Of a DNA stretch of 64,000 nucleotides, positions 48,091-57,805 are shown in pieces. Under the pieces are notes generated by a model. The model saw only the letters and a program-made list of their open reading frames with translations. It was not told the DNA's origin and ran no database searches. Position numbers and translations under genes: made by a program. How positions within the stretch are numbered: position 1 is the stretch's first letter; every line of letters begins with the position of its first letter. Origin of the DNA: an uncultured virus (IMG/VR IMGVR_UViG_3300030106_002045) (taxonomy: Duplodnaviria > Heunggongvirae > Uroviricota > Caudoviricetes); the IMG/VR virus record IMGVR_UViG_3300030106_002045; one strand, 5' to 3'.

Positions 48091-50399
48091 TACTTATCAC
48101 GTTTTGCAACTCTTGAAGCTGTTTCAACAATTTTAGCTTTTACTTCTGCGTCCTTTCTAGCTTGAGTTCTTTCTTTGTCTTTAACACCTTCAGCAAATCT
48201 CGCTTTTCTAATATTTAATTCTTCTGCTTTTAATTGTAATTGTGCAGCATCTTTTTGTCTTTCCATTTGTTCTTTTTGTTGTTCTGGACTTGGTGGCATA
48301 GACCCCATTAAACCTTGTGCAGCTTGTGCTGCTGCAGCAGCTATTCTATTTTCTTGTTCGATATTAATTTCTTGACTTGGCTCATCATTCATTTCTTTGT
48401 TAAATTCACCAGATGAAGTAGGCATACCTTCTGGTACTTGAGCTTGCATTTGTTGTTGGTATAAATATGCCATATGTTGTCCTATATGAGCCATCATTGA
48501 TGGATATAAAACTTCTTTAGCTTGTGGATTACCACCAAATCTTGGATCATTTATAAATTGTTGATGTACTATTATATGAGCTTGATGATCTTGATCTTCA
48601 AAAACTTTAATTGGTTTACCATTTAATAATGCCATGTTTTCTGATACTGGATCTCGTCTTGGTGTTTCTTCATCTTCTATCATAAGTTCGTTATATTCTG
48701 GAACATTTAAAGCTTGTAAAAATCTTCTTGTTGCTTCTTTTACATTAATTATTTGTGGTGAAGATTGAGCTAGTTGTAAACCTGTTTGTGCTAAAGCTAT
48801 TCTTTGTGCTTGAGAAAAAATATTAGGATCACTTACTGGTATTACATCTACTGCATCACTAAAATCTTTTCTTCTTATAATTTTCTTTTCTCCAATTACA
48901 TCATATGGATATTCATCATCTAAGTATTCTCCATTTAATTCATAAATTAATTTAAATTCTCTACCTTGAGCTTGGTGTAATCTTTTATGTATAGCACTAA
49001 ATACTTTAGAACCTTGTTCTATTAAAGCGATGGTGGTTCCAACTGGACCGGAACCAGCGGAATCACCAATCATTGCATCTGCTATTGATGCAAAACGTCT
49101 TCCTGATTCAGTTAAAACGCCTAAAAGCTGTAAGAGAGTAGGTGATGGTTCTTTGAAAGGAAGAGGGATAAAACTCTTTCTAAGATCATCACCATAGGCT
49201 TCGACTTCTACCCATTCACCAGGTGAAACAGTTATATCTCCACCTTCTATTCTTGCTCCTTTAGCTCTAAATCCTCCATTGAGGTTGGCAAAGGCAGCTG
49301 AATCTAGTAGAGCACGAAGTGCTCCAGTGCTTGCATGTTGCAGACCGCCGATCATTTGGATTAGGCCGAAACCATAAAAACCTAAACCAGGAAGATATTT
49401 ATAATGTATAAAATAAGTTCTTTTTCTTTTTAATGGATCATCTTCTTTCCAATTTCTTCTTATTGCTAAAACTACAGTGCTATCTTGGTCAACTGTTACA
49501 ATGTAAGGTAAAGCTAAACCATTTTCATCTTCTCCTATATCTAAATTTGCGTGTATTTCTAAAATTGTATGTATCTTATCAGACATACTAGGTGTCATAC
49601 CTTGTAATCTTTCCATTGTTTGTTCAACAGTTCCACCTTGATTTGAAGTTGTTTCAGTTTTACTTAATGGTACATCTTTATAAAATCCTTCTATTTGTCG
49701 TCTTTTAATTTCGTTTCTTGAAAGTTTCATTACTTGAGTATATCTTTCAGATGTTTCTAAATCTGTATTATCATATGATATTACAAAATCTTCTGCTGGT
49801 ACAAATACTGAACAAATTCTATCTAAAGAATTATCAAAATATATTTTTTTAAATGCAGAACCAGCTAAAGATAAATAAAATAACAACTGATCTAATTCAT
49901 TAAAGTAGTCTTTTATTTGATTTGTTACTTGCCAATTCATAAAATCTTGAACACGTTGTGCTTGCTCTATTTTTTTATTTGAAGATTTACCAATCACTTG
50001 TGTTTTTACTGGACCACCAGACGGAAAAAGTTCTGCTATTGCTCTTGCTTGAAACTGAGTTGCTGCCTCAGCCATTAATGGATGATGTACACCAGAAGCT
50101 CCCGGGAAAGGATCTTGTCTATCTTCTACAACGACACCTAACATTTTAAGACCTTTAGAATATTGATCTTCCCAATCTTTTCTAGATGATTTATCATCTT
50201 GATAAGCTTTAACTAAATCTCTACCAATACTATTTACTTCTTGATCTGTTAATTCTTCTGCTAAATTAGAATAATGATCTGATTCAAAAGCTTCTTCTTC
50301 TTTATCTGTTAAATCTGAATCGACTTCTACTTTAACTTTTTTACCTTTATCATCAGTAAATTCTAAATTTTTTTTATCTAATTCTACTTCTAAAGCCAT
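48090..50399 (-). CDS. portal protein
   Basis: D..SR.DWE, PF.GASGV.HP...EA..QFQA, LAGSAFKK.Y, PG.GFYG.GL, LPFKEPS.TL, PVGTT.AL.E. Confidence 0.9.
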   Translation of the reverse strand: MALEVELDKKNLEFTDDKGKKVKVEVDSDLTDKEEEAFESDHYSNLAEELTDQEVNSIGRDLVKAYQDDKSSRKDWEDQYSKGLKMLGVVVEDRQDPFPGASGVHHPLMAEAATQFQARAIAELFPSGGPVKTQVIGKSSNKKIEQAQRVQDFMNWQVTNQIKDYFNELDQLLFYLSLAGSAFKKIYFDNSLDRICSVFVPAEDFVISYDNTDLETSERYTQVMKLSRNEIKRRQIEGFYKDVPLSKTETTSNQGGTVEQTMERLQGMTPSMSDKIHTILEIHANLDIGEDENGLALPYIVTVDQDSTVVLAIRRNWKEDDPLKRKRTYFIHYKYLPGLGFYGFGLIQMIGGLQHASTGALRALLDSAAFANLNGGFRAKGARIEGGDITVSPGEWVEVEAYGDDLRKSFIPLPFKEPSPTLLQLLGVLTESGRRFASIADAMIGDSAGSGPVGTTIALIEQGSKVFSAIHKRLHQAQGREFKLIYELNGEYLDDEYPYDVIGEKKIIRRKDFSDAVDVIPVSDPNIFSQAQRIALAQTGLQLAQSSPQIINVKEATRRFLQALNVPEYNELMIEDEETPRRDPVSENMALLNGKPIKVFEDQDHQAHIIVHQQFINDPRFGGNPQAKEVLYPSMMAHIGQHMAYLYQQQMQAQVPEGMPTSSGEFNKEMNDEPSQEINIEQENRIAAAAAQAAQGLMGSMPPSPEQQKEQMERQKDAAQLQLKAEELNIRKARFAEGVKDKERTQARKDAEVKAKIVETASRVAKRDK

Positions 50400-50683
50400 T
50401 ATGCTTTCCTTTTAGTTTTTTTCTTTCTGCCATCTGGTCTTCTGTTTCTATCTCGTTTACCTTTTAAAATATCTCTATCAACTTTAGCAGCTTTACCACC
50501 CGTTAATGCAGAATTTACTCTAGCCATAGCCCATGCTTGTGGGCTAACACCTTTTCTATGACCACTTGTTCTATATGCAGCCAAGCCTCTATTATAAATT
50601 GCTCTTATTTTGGAAGTTGATACACCAGTTTTTTTTGCTTTGTTTCTAATCGCTGTTGCGGTACTCGATTTTCTTTTAGCCAT
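50399..50683 (-). CDS. small basic protein
   Basis: YNRGLAAY..SGHR......WAMARVNS. Confidence 0.7.
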   Translation of the reverse strand: MAKRKSSTATAIRNKAKKTGVSTSKIRAIYNRGLAAYRTSGHRKGVSPQAWAMARVNSALTGGKAAKVDRDILKGKRDRNRRPDGRKKKTKRKA

Positions 50684-50930
50684 ACATTCTCCTAAATCTT
50701 TTATTATGTATACTTTCTTTTTTAGATCCTACAAATTTTCCACCTTTTTTATCTCCAGGTAAAACTCCAGAACCTTTATTATCTTTGTTTAATCTTTTAA
50801 TAGCAGCTTTTCTTGCACTACGAAGTTTTCCAGAAGTGCCAGTTAAATATTTTTTAGGTACCTTTTTACCTTTTTTTCTTTTTCTAGGTACAGATACTTG
50901 TTTAGTAAAATTAGCACGTGACATTGGCAT
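50676..50930 (-). CDS. small basic protein
   Basis: K/R-rich; PKKYL, LPGD, S.H.K.F. Confidence 0.65.
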   Translation of the reverse strand: MPMSRANFTKQVSVPRKRKKGKKVPKKYLTGTSGKLRSARKAAIKRLNKDNKGSGVLPGDKKGGKFVGSKKESIHNKRFRRMYG

Positions 50931-51052
50931 TATTTTGGAAAACCTCTTCTCATGTTTTTATATGCTTTTTTAGAAATAGTGGATTTCTTTTTAGTTCTAG
51001 AAATTCCTTTTTTTCTACGAGCATTTATGTTTGCATAAAGACCTTTTTTCAT
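50930..51052 (-). CDS. 40-aa basic protein, not in the ORF track
   Basis: MKKGLYANINARRKKGISR... Confidence 0.6.
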   Translation of the reverse strand: MKKGLYANINARRKKGISRTKKKSTISKKAYKNMRRGFPK

Positions 51053-51117
51053 TTTTGCATCATACCTCCTGGTTCATACCATACTTTCCTGTATAAGATA
51101 TAAAACAAAAATATTGA

Positions 51118-51330
51118 TTATTCTAGTATTATTTTCTTGATTGATTGAGAACCATCAATGTTTTTTTCTAACTCTGCTTTACCTTTCCAACATTTATATG
51201 TAACAGATTCAGAATATTGTCTTTCTGCAGTTCTTTTTCCACGTAAACATTCAGCCATTGATGATTGTAAACGAGCTTCTTTTATCTCTCCGTTTACAAA
51301 CATTAGTAATCCTACTACAGCCTCTATCAT
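51118..51330 (-). CDS. hypothetical protein
   Basis: V..LLMF.NG.IKE......M.ECL.GKR.AER. Confidence 0.65.
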   Translation of the reverse strand: MIEAVVGLLMFVNGEIKEARLQSSMAECLRGKRTAERQYSESVTYKCWKGKAELEKNIDGSQSIKKIILE

Positions 51331-51764
51331 TTTCCATTACCGTTTGTATATTTCATTTCTCTGTTTTGATCTTTCAATTTTTCTATATCAACTAAAACTT
51401 TATCCATCTGCCCTCTTAAAAATTCTATATTAACTTTGTTTAAAGCCATAGATTCTATATGTTTATTTAACTTGTCGGTAGTCTTATATAAATCCTCGAT
51501 CATCATAAATTGTTCTGAATCAGCAGGTAAAGAACCTAATTGTCCACGTGGCCATTTAATTCTAAATTCTGTATTTTCTTCTAAATCTTTTTCCATTATC
51601 TGTATACGAGTATCAGCAACATTTAGTCGTTCTATAATTTGAAAATAACCCATTGTTCCAAGTGCTACAATTATAATTAAACTTGCAACAGTCTTCATTG
51701 GCATTTGTACAGCTGCCTCCTCTGATATATTTAATGGTTTTTTAATAGGCACTAGGTCCTCCAA
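51327..51764 (-). CDS. membrane-anchored coiled-coil protein (possible spanin)
   Basis: N-terminal TM segment, then WPRG.LGSLP.DSEQF and a coiled coil. Confidence 0.6.
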   Translation of the reverse strand: MEDLVPIKKPLNISEEAAVQMPMKTVASLIIIVALGTMGYFQIIERLNVADTRIQIMEKDLEENTEFRIKWPRGQLGSLPADSEQFMMIEDLYKTTDKLNKHIESMALNKVNIEFLRGQMDKVLVDIEKLKDQNREMKYTNGNGK

Positions 51765-51819
51765 AAAGTGCGAGTAAAGTTATTAATATGATTAGAATTG
51801 CAGTAAAGTAATAATTCAT

Positions 51820-52125
51820 CTAACATCTCCACCGCCTTCTAGCTTGTCTTATTCTAGAATTAGGATTATTTCTTGTTTTGGCAGAGCTTCTTTTTAATTG
51901 ACCTAGTGATCTTGCACAATATGATTTTCTTCTTTTTGCTGCTTTACTACCTGGTTTAACTTTACCAGTTACTGCCATTTTTAATTTAGAACCAGGATTA
52001 GCTCGTCTATAAGCTTTAATTCCTGCTCTTGTCATACCAGCACCTTTTTTAGTAGGTCGATAATATTTTTTTCTTCTTGGTATATCTCCAGTTCTTTTTC
52101 TAGGTCTTATTCTTGTTCTAGCCAT
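51820..52125 (-). CDS. small basic protein
   Basis: GAGMT.AG..AYR..NPGSKLK, RRKSYCARS, ARRRW.C. Confidence 0.75.
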   Translation of the reverse strand: MARTRIRPRKRTGDIPRRKKYYRPTKKGAGMTRAGIKAYRRANPGSKLKMAVTGKVKPGSKAAKRRKSYCARSLGQLKRSSAKTRNNPNSRIRQARRRWRC

Positions 52126-52127
52126 AA

Positions 52128-52745
52128 TTAATAACCACCTGCTCCTGCTGCTGCATCATCGGCTGCTTGTGATGCTGCTGCATCTGCAGCTGCTTGTCCT
52201 CCAGCATGTCCACCACTTACATTACCACCACCCATTTTAATATCACGAGCTGTAGGTTGTATGTTCATAATTCCTGTTGGAAATGTTTGTACATCACCTT
52301 GTGGATCTTGCATAGTAATATTTTCAATTCTTTTTTCTTCATTACTTTTTAAAGCAGCACCTGCAAAAAAAGGTATAGCAAATGGAGTTATTACACCAGC
52401 TAAACCAGCACCAGTTGTTACATTATATGCTGCAGTACCTATTCTTAAAGCATTTTGTACATTAGAAGGAATTCCTAGAGTATCTTCTACAAAACTATTA
52501 TAATAACTTATATTATCGGCAAGTATATTCTTGGCAGATTTTTTTGAGGATTTAGTAGGTTTTTGAAAATCAAATTCAAAAAAACCTTTTTTCTTATCTT
52601 TTTCAATATCTTCAATTTCAGAATATTTTTCATCAAATGTTTTAGGTTTGTTAAAATCTTTAATTTGACCATCATCACCTTCAAATATAGGACATACTCC
52701 ATTTACAGACATTCTTCCGTTTGGACATATAAATTCTTTTATCAT
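52128..52745 (-). CDS. hypothetical protein with Ala/Gly tail
   Basis: 205-aa ORF in the operon. Confidence 0.6.
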   Translation of the reverse strand: MIKEFICPNGRMSVNGVCPIFEGDDGQIKDFNKPKTFDEKYSEIEDIEKDKKKGFFEFDFQKPTKSSKKSAKNILADNISYYNSFVEDTLGIPSNVQNALRIGTAAYNVTTGAGLAGVITPFAIPFFAGAALKSNEEKRIENITMQDPQGDVQTFPTGIMNIQPTARDIKMGGGNVSGGHAGGQAAADAAASQAADDAAAGAGGY

Positions 52746-52870
52746 CTGCCTTGACCCCTATATTTTTTTCTAGTAAATTTTTTATTTGGTCGCTTACTAT
52801 GACGACCAGGTCTTTTTCTTGGCTTATCTCTTGGAAGAAAACTTAAACCAATCGCAGCCTTTCTAGCCAT
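52742..52870 (-). CDS. 42-aa Arg/Lys-rich protein, not in the ORF track
   Basis: MARKAA...RKRPGRHSKRPNK...KYRGQGR. Confidence 0.6.
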   Translation of the reverse strand: MARKAAIGLSFLPRDKPRKRPGRHSKRPNKKFTRKKYRGQGR

Positions 52871-53143
52871 TTACTTTTTTTTATTTAAATTAATCGGAAT
52901 AACTTTATCTTTATTTCTTTTGATAATTTTAGAAATTCCTGGATAATTTTTTGCTTTTCCTTTGTAAATAACTCCACCTTTACCAAAATGATCCTTAACA
53001 AGCTCATCTTTTTTGGCAATCATTTCTCTGTCTTTTGATTTACCTTCTTCATAGCCATCATCATCTAACATTTTAGCTTTAGATGTATCTTCAAAATCTA
53101 CATCTAAAATTTCTTTTGTTACGTCTTTTGTAGTTTTAGCCAT
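52871..53143 (-). CDS. hypothetical protein
   Basis: 90-aa coupled ORF. Confidence 0.6.
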   Translation of the reverse strand: MAKTTKDVTKEILDVDFEDTSKAKMLDDDGYEEGKSKDREMIAKKDELVKDHFGKGGVIYKGKAKNYPGISKIIKRNKDKVIPINLNKKK

Positions 53144-53301
53144 TATCTTTTTTTCCGTTTCTTCATTTTTAATTCACGTACTATTCTTTTCTTCTCAGCT
53201 TTAAGATTTTTTTTACCTTTTTTAGTTTTTGCTTTTTCAGCATCAACTCTGCCAAGTTCTTCAAGTCTATTCATACGTCTTGTGTTTTTTCTTTTCTTCA
53301 T
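53143..53301 (-). CDS. 52-aa basic protein, not in the ORF track
   Basis: NTRRMNRLEELGRVDAEKA.TKKGK.NL. Confidence 0.6.
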   Translation of the reverse strand: MKKRKNTRRMNRLEELGRVDAEKAKTKKGKKNLKAEKKRIVRELKMKKRKKR

Positions 53302-53495
53302 CATCTTTTTTTCTTGCCTTTCCTTTTAATTACACCACGTGCAATTAAAATATCTTTTTTAGTTACTTTGCCATCTCCAGACATATCTGGAAATTTGCCT
53401 TTTTTCTTTTTCTTTTTTTTCTTCATCATCTTTCCAGTCATTTTAGAATTTTGCATTCTACCTTGACCAGAGCCTGCGCCTGCTGTCATTTTCAT
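53301..53495 (-). CDS. small basic protein with an EF-hand-like motif
   Basis: AGAGSG.GR, FPDMSGDGKVTKKDIL. Confidence 0.65.
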   Translation of the reverse strand: MKMTAGAGSGQGRMQNSKMTGKMMKKKKKKKKGKFPDMSGDGKVTKKDILIARGVIKRKGKKKR

Positions 53496-53740
53496 TAGAA
53501 CGTCTCCACTTCTATTTTAATACCACGCATCATTTTTGCATGTTCTGCTTTTCTTGTATCATCTTCTTTTACAACTTCGTCACCAGGATTTTGCATTGCT
53601 TTCTTTAACATAGCAGCATCTTCTACAGCACCAGGAAACTTATCATAAAATCTTTTATTAGCAGCCTTGACATCCTCAACACTATAGGTTTTTACACCTA
53701 TCTTTGGCGATGGGCTTGTTCTTTTAAAAGGGTTACTCAT
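53495..53740 (-). CDS. hypothetical protein
   Basis: 81-aa coupled ORF. Confidence 0.6.
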   Translation of the reverse strand: MSNPFKRTSPSPKIGVKTYSVEDVKAANKRFYDKFPGAVEDAAMLKKAMQNPGDEVVKEDDTRKAEHAKMMRGIKIEVETF

Positions 53741-54071
53741 CTTTCAGATCCTCCGTTGTACTTATTTTTTTGGAAACTATACTTTGAAATATCGAGTGTG
53801 TAAAGGTCGGAAGCATTAATTCGCTAATAGGATTATCGACATGGCCTGTAGACCACGAAATACATGGTACTCCTTTCTGGTCCCAAGCAACCAAAGCATA
53901 ACCTTTTACATCAATTTTATCAGTAATTTTTATACAAGCATCGTGAAAAGCTTGAACAACTTCGTCATTTTGTTTATGTACAATTTCTTTTTTGGTAGGC
54001 CTTCGAGGAGTTACTCTCCATCTATCAAGAGTAATAATGTTTGTTTTTGCGGTATTTTCTTTTTTCGTCAT
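53733..54071 (-). CDS. hypothetical protein
   Basis: ORF overlapping the end of terL; start set at MTKKENT. Confidence 0.6.
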   Translation of the reverse strand: MTKKENTAKTNIITLDRWRVTPRRPTKKEIVHKQNDEVVQAFHDACIKITDKIDVKGYALVAWDQKGVPCISWSTGHVDNPISELMLPTFTHSIFQSIVSKKISTTEDLKDE

Positions 54072-55527
54072 AATCATCGTCCTCAGGATCATCTGGATGT
54101 GTTACTAAAAACCCATCACGCATTCTCATTAAAGCTTGTATACAAGTATCATGTATATCATCGTGCTTTCCATATGGGAATTGAGATGATTCTTCAATTA
54201 CACTCTTAGTCCAATCTTCATCCAAAGTAAACACTAATCCACCTTCAAACATTGCAGCTACACTATGAGTTCTTGAAACTTTATCTCTTTCTGGAGTATA
54301 AGTAACTACAGGTACTCCTGACCTTCTCATATCTTGTATAAGAGATTGACCACTAGCTCTTTTTTCTATTAATACTTGATCGGGCATCCATTCATCATAA
54401 CTTTCTTGCGCACGTTTTCTTAAATCTGGATATTCTAATCTTTCTTTCCAGGCGTCTAATAATAAACATGCAGCATATGGAGTATTGTTTTCATCTCTTG
54501 CTGTAAATACTCCCCATGTAGTACAAGCTGAATAGTCAGCAGAGGATCTTGTACTGAATGCTGTATCATAAGATTGTACAACATAACCTAATGTAGGAAT
54601 TTTATCTCCTTCGTAAATATTCCACCAATCTTTTTTTATAATAGAACCTTCTTCGTTAGAGGGTCTTTGTTGATAAAGAGATTGCCATACACGTTCTCCT
54701 ACTGTATTTTGTATTTTATCTAAATCTTCTTTTGAATAAGCATCTGGCCATAAAGCATTTCCTTCTTTATCAATCGCAGGTAAATCTAAAATTTTCCAAT
54801 CTTCACTAGATTCATTTAAAATATAACCCGCAAGGTCATCTTGGTGCCAACGAGTTTGTATTACTATAACTTTACCACCTGGTTGTAATCGAGTATATGC
54901 TACAGATTTATACCACTCTAATAAATTTTTTCTTTGTACTTCTGATTCTGCGTCCTCTCTTCCTTTTATAGGATCATCTATAATTAATAAATGCGCACCT
55001 CTACCAGTAATAGCTCCGCCTGCACCGACTGCTGCATAAGTTCCTCCATGTATAGTATGAAATCTTTTAGCTGATGTACTATCTGATCGAAGGGCCACTT
55101 GTGGAAATACTTTGTTATAATCGTCAGATTGAAGTTGATTACGGACCTTTCGTCCAAAGTCATCAGCCAGTTCTTGAGCATATGTAGATTGAATTACAAA
55201 TTCGTTTGGATTATTACCAAGATACCAAGCAGGAAAAAATTCTGAGCATAACATAGATTTACCATGTCGAGGTGGCATAAAGACTGCTAGCCTTTTAATA
55301 TCTCCTTTTTCTAAACTTTCTAAATTTTTTGCAATTAATTTTATATGCGCAGGTTCTTTATAACCAGGATACATATGTTTAGCATAAGCTAAAAAATTAT
55401 TACGAGCTTTATAAGTAGATAATAAATTATTTAAATGTTCAATTAATTCACCTGCACGTTTATCACGTGTCTTTTGGTATATCTGAATAGCTGACTTTAA
55501 TTTCTCTTTGATTTGAACTTCTTGCAT
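54025..55527 (-). CDS. terL: terminase large subunit
   Basis: MPPRHGKS Walker A, GAITGRGAH.LIIDDP, TRWH.DDL, SYDTA, FP.GKHDD..D nuclease motif. Confidence 0.95.
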   Translation of the reverse strand: MQEVQIKEKLKSAIQIYQKTRDKRAGELIEHLNNLLSTYKARNNFLAYAKHMYPGYKEPAHIKLIAKNLESLEKGDIKRLAVFMPPRHGKSMLCSEFFPAWYLGNNPNEFVIQSTYAQELADDFGRKVRNQLQSDDYNKVFPQVALRSDSTSAKRFHTIHGGTYAAVGAGGAITGRGAHLLIIDDPIKGREDAESEVQRKNLLEWYKSVAYTRLQPGGKVIVIQTRWHQDDLAGYILNESSEDWKILDLPAIDKEGNALWPDAYSKEDLDKIQNTVGERVWQSLYQQRPSNEEGSIIKKDWWNIYEGDKIPTLGYVVQSYDTAFSTRSSADYSACTTWGVFTARDENNTPYAACLLLDAWKERLEYPDLRKRAQESYDEWMPDQVLIEKRASGQSLIQDMRRSGVPVVTYTPERDKVSRTHSVAAMFEGGLVFTLDEDWTKSVIEESSQFPYGKHDDIHDTCIQALMRMRDGFLVTHPDDPEDDDYDEKRKYRKNKHYYS

Positions 55528-56317
55528 TTTGTTGACCCATTCCTAATCCACCACTTTCTTTATATAACTTAAATTTTTCTGAAAGTAAAAAAAACGGTTG
55601 TCTTTTTTTCAAGATAACTTCTTTCCAAGCTTCTGATGGTTGTCCTATCTTATCTAGAAACCAAGCTAGTTTTGAAGCTTCTGCTAATCTTAGATTTACC
55701 ATTTCTTGATGATGTAGGTCTCCTTTTTCTTGTGGATTACCCTCGTTATATTTTCTTAATCTAAAAGTTTCATCATTATTATTACCAGTTATATCTGCTC
55801 TATCGTGAATTACATTAATATCAACTTCTACCATTATATCTAATGCATAAGCAATTTCAGAGAGCCACGCATCATTTTGACCGTGTAGACTTATATGATC
55901 TAAACATCTAAACCAATCTCTTGGAAAACATGGAAAGATACTATAAGGATGTCCAGTTTGTTCTTTAAACTTTAATAAACAAAACTGATCTTCAAAATCC
56001 ATAATCTTATCATCCCAATTCTTAGTACACATTAAAGCATCGTCATTAAAGAACATTATCCATTTACCAGTTGAATATTGAGCTAATGTATTATTATATC
56101 TATGTAAATTTTCGTAACCTATGGGATTAAATTGTAAAGCAATTTGATTTGGATATTTTGAATCTTTTAAATATTTAAAAGTTTCTAAGTCATCTTTATC
56201 TACACCGAATAAGAATTGTAACTTATCGGGCTCTCTTGCATTATTGATTAATGACTCTACAGCTTTTTTTAATAAGAGCAATCTTTTACGAGTTGGTAAA
56301 AGTATAGATATGTTCAT
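55463..56317 (-). CDS. GT2/GT-A glycosyltransferase
   Basis: ISILLPTRKR, GVD.DD, WIMFFNDD, NDAWL; start moved to MNISIL; overlaps the terL start by 65 nt. Confidence 0.8.
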   Translation of the reverse strand: MNISILLPTRKRLLLLKKAVESLINNAREPDKLQFLFGVDKDDLETFKYLKDSKYPNQIALQFNPIGYENLHRYNNTLAQYSTGKWIMFFNDDALMCTKNWDDKIMDFEDQFCLLKFKEQTGHPYSIFPCFPRDWFRCLDHISLHGQNDAWLSEIAYALDIMVEVDINVIHDRADITGNNNDETFRLRKYNEGNPQEKGDLHHQEMVNLRLAEASKLAWFLDKIGQPSEAWKEVILKKRQPFFLLSEKFKLYKESGGLGMGQQNARSSNQREIKVSYSDIPKDT

Positions 56318-56410
56318 GGATCCACAGTACTCAAATATAAATACAATAAAACAAAAATATGCCCGCCTTCCTCCCTGATACAACCAGTCTCCCGGCATAT
56401 GTATCAACTC

Positions 56411-57052
56411 CTATTCTTTTTCTTTTATCTCGTAAAAAAATCTATCTGTATCATCTGTTACCCAATCTTTGTTTTCTACATTCCAGTCGTTTGTTTGGAC
56501 TTTATAGTCTGGCACTTCGCTTCTCGTAGTGAATGAATTAACATTCCATAATACTCTATTATTTGGCTGAGCAGCAAAATTACCATTGTCAAGCTCCAAT
56601 ATATGAGCACATTTATGCTCCTGAGGAATTTCAGAATGATCTGTATCAATAACATTGGGGTCAGGGTGACACCAATCAACAGTAAACAGATACTCACCTG
56701 TATAAAGTTTTTTATCTTTACCAAAATATTTAGCTCTTTGTCCTGTTAGAAAAGCAAACTCAGTAATGCTATGATGATAATCAAAGCTATTCCACAGCTC
56801 AAGTAAGTCGTTTTGCATATCTGGCACTTCTCGCCTTTCCATCTTCGCAGAAAAGAAGGCAGCAATTGGCAACCGCCAAAAGCACGCACCGTTCGGTAAC
56901 ATGATATTAAAAAGGATACCACGACCCTGTATACTTGTGAGACCGAAGATAACACAATCTTCGCTTTCTCCATGATGTTTTTGTTGGTCATATAAATACT
57001 CCTTGCGTATTTGACAATATATTGGTGGAATGCTACTATTTAAAAAGGCCAT
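56411..57052 (-). CDS. conserved marine-phage hypothetical protein
   Basis: LN..IPP.YC..RKEYLYD, G.YLFT.DW, EHKC.H...LD.GNFAAQPNNR. Confidence 0.8.
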   Translation of the reverse strand: MAFLNSSIPPIYCQIRKEYLYDQQKHHGESEDCVIFGLTSIQGRGILFNIMLPNGACFWRLPIAAFFSAKMERREVPDMQNDLLELWNSFDYHHSITEFAFLTGQRAKYFGKDKKLYTGEYLFTVDWCHPDPNVIDTDHSEIPQEHKCAHILELDNGNFAAQPNNRVLWNVNSFTTRSEVPDYKVQTNDWNVENKDWVTDDTDRFFYEIKEKE

Positions 57053-57235
57053 TGTAAAGCTATATTACAAAAAAAAATATTTTTCTAGAGAAATTTATAC
57101 GCATATAAGTCATTCTACACTAACTCTAGCTCTACCTCTAAGACTAACGCCAAATCGCCGCAAACTTTATACGAATTTTTATAAATTAAACTTAATACGA
57201 ATTTTTAAAAAAAGTGAGAGAAAAAAAGATAAAAA

Positions 57236-57267
57236 AAAACTAGCGTAAAATTAATTACGCTAGTTTT
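57236..57267 (-). terminator. rho-independent terminator of 57283..57672
   Basis: aaaactagcgtaa...ttacgctagtttt, followed by a long U-tract on the minus strand. Confidence 0.75.
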
Positions 57268-57282
57268 ATTATTTAAATAATA

Positions 57283-57672
57283 TTAAAGACTTTTTATTTT
57301 TTCTTCGAAGAATTTAATATTTTCGATTATCGAATTATCGACTTTATTTTTTTTAATAAACTCTTTATTCGAGTTAATTAAATCTAAATATAAATCTTTT
57401 TTAGATTTATCGATATACGAATTTAAATCGATTAATAAATTTACTTTTTTAAATCGATTATTTCTAGTCGTATCGTATTCTATATCGACTTTTCTATAAT
57501 CGTTATTAAAAGCGTTTTCTATAGTAGTAGAAAATTTCGCCTTCTCGTAAATTATAAACGACTTAGTTTTATCTCGTTTATTATTAAATAATCTAAATAA
57601 AACTTTTTTATCTTTAAACTCTCTAAAAGATAAAGCTATTTTATTCTCGATTATATTTTTCTTAGTAGTCAT
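57283..57672 (-). CDS. compositionally constrained paralogue of the 1322/60158 protein
   Basis: Own promoter, SD and terminator; NNKRDKTKS...TI...VDIEYD aligns without gaps to NPKREGSGG...TI...IDLDWD; no CA/TG except the start codon. Confidence 0.75.
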   Translation of the reverse strand: MTTKKNIIENKIALSFREFKDKKVLFRLFNNKRDKTKSFIIYEKAKFSTTIENAFNNDYRKVDIEYDTTRNNRFKKVNLLIDLNSYIDKSKKDLYLDLINSNKEFIKKNKVDNSIIENIKFFEEKIKSL

Positions 57673-57740
57673 TAGCTTTCTCGCTTTCTAATTCTTAAAC
57701 TATTTTAATTATTAAAATATTTAAATTTAAGAATTAACGA

Positions 57741-57769
57741 ATATTAAAAAATTTTTTTTAAAAAGTAAA
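57741..57769 (-). promoter_or_regulatory. sigma70-type promoter
   Basis: Minus strand TTTACT-N17-TAATAT upstream of 57672. Confidence 0.5.
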
Positions 57770-57805
57770 TAGTTAATTTCTGTTGTTTTCGCTTGTAGAT
57801 AGAAA

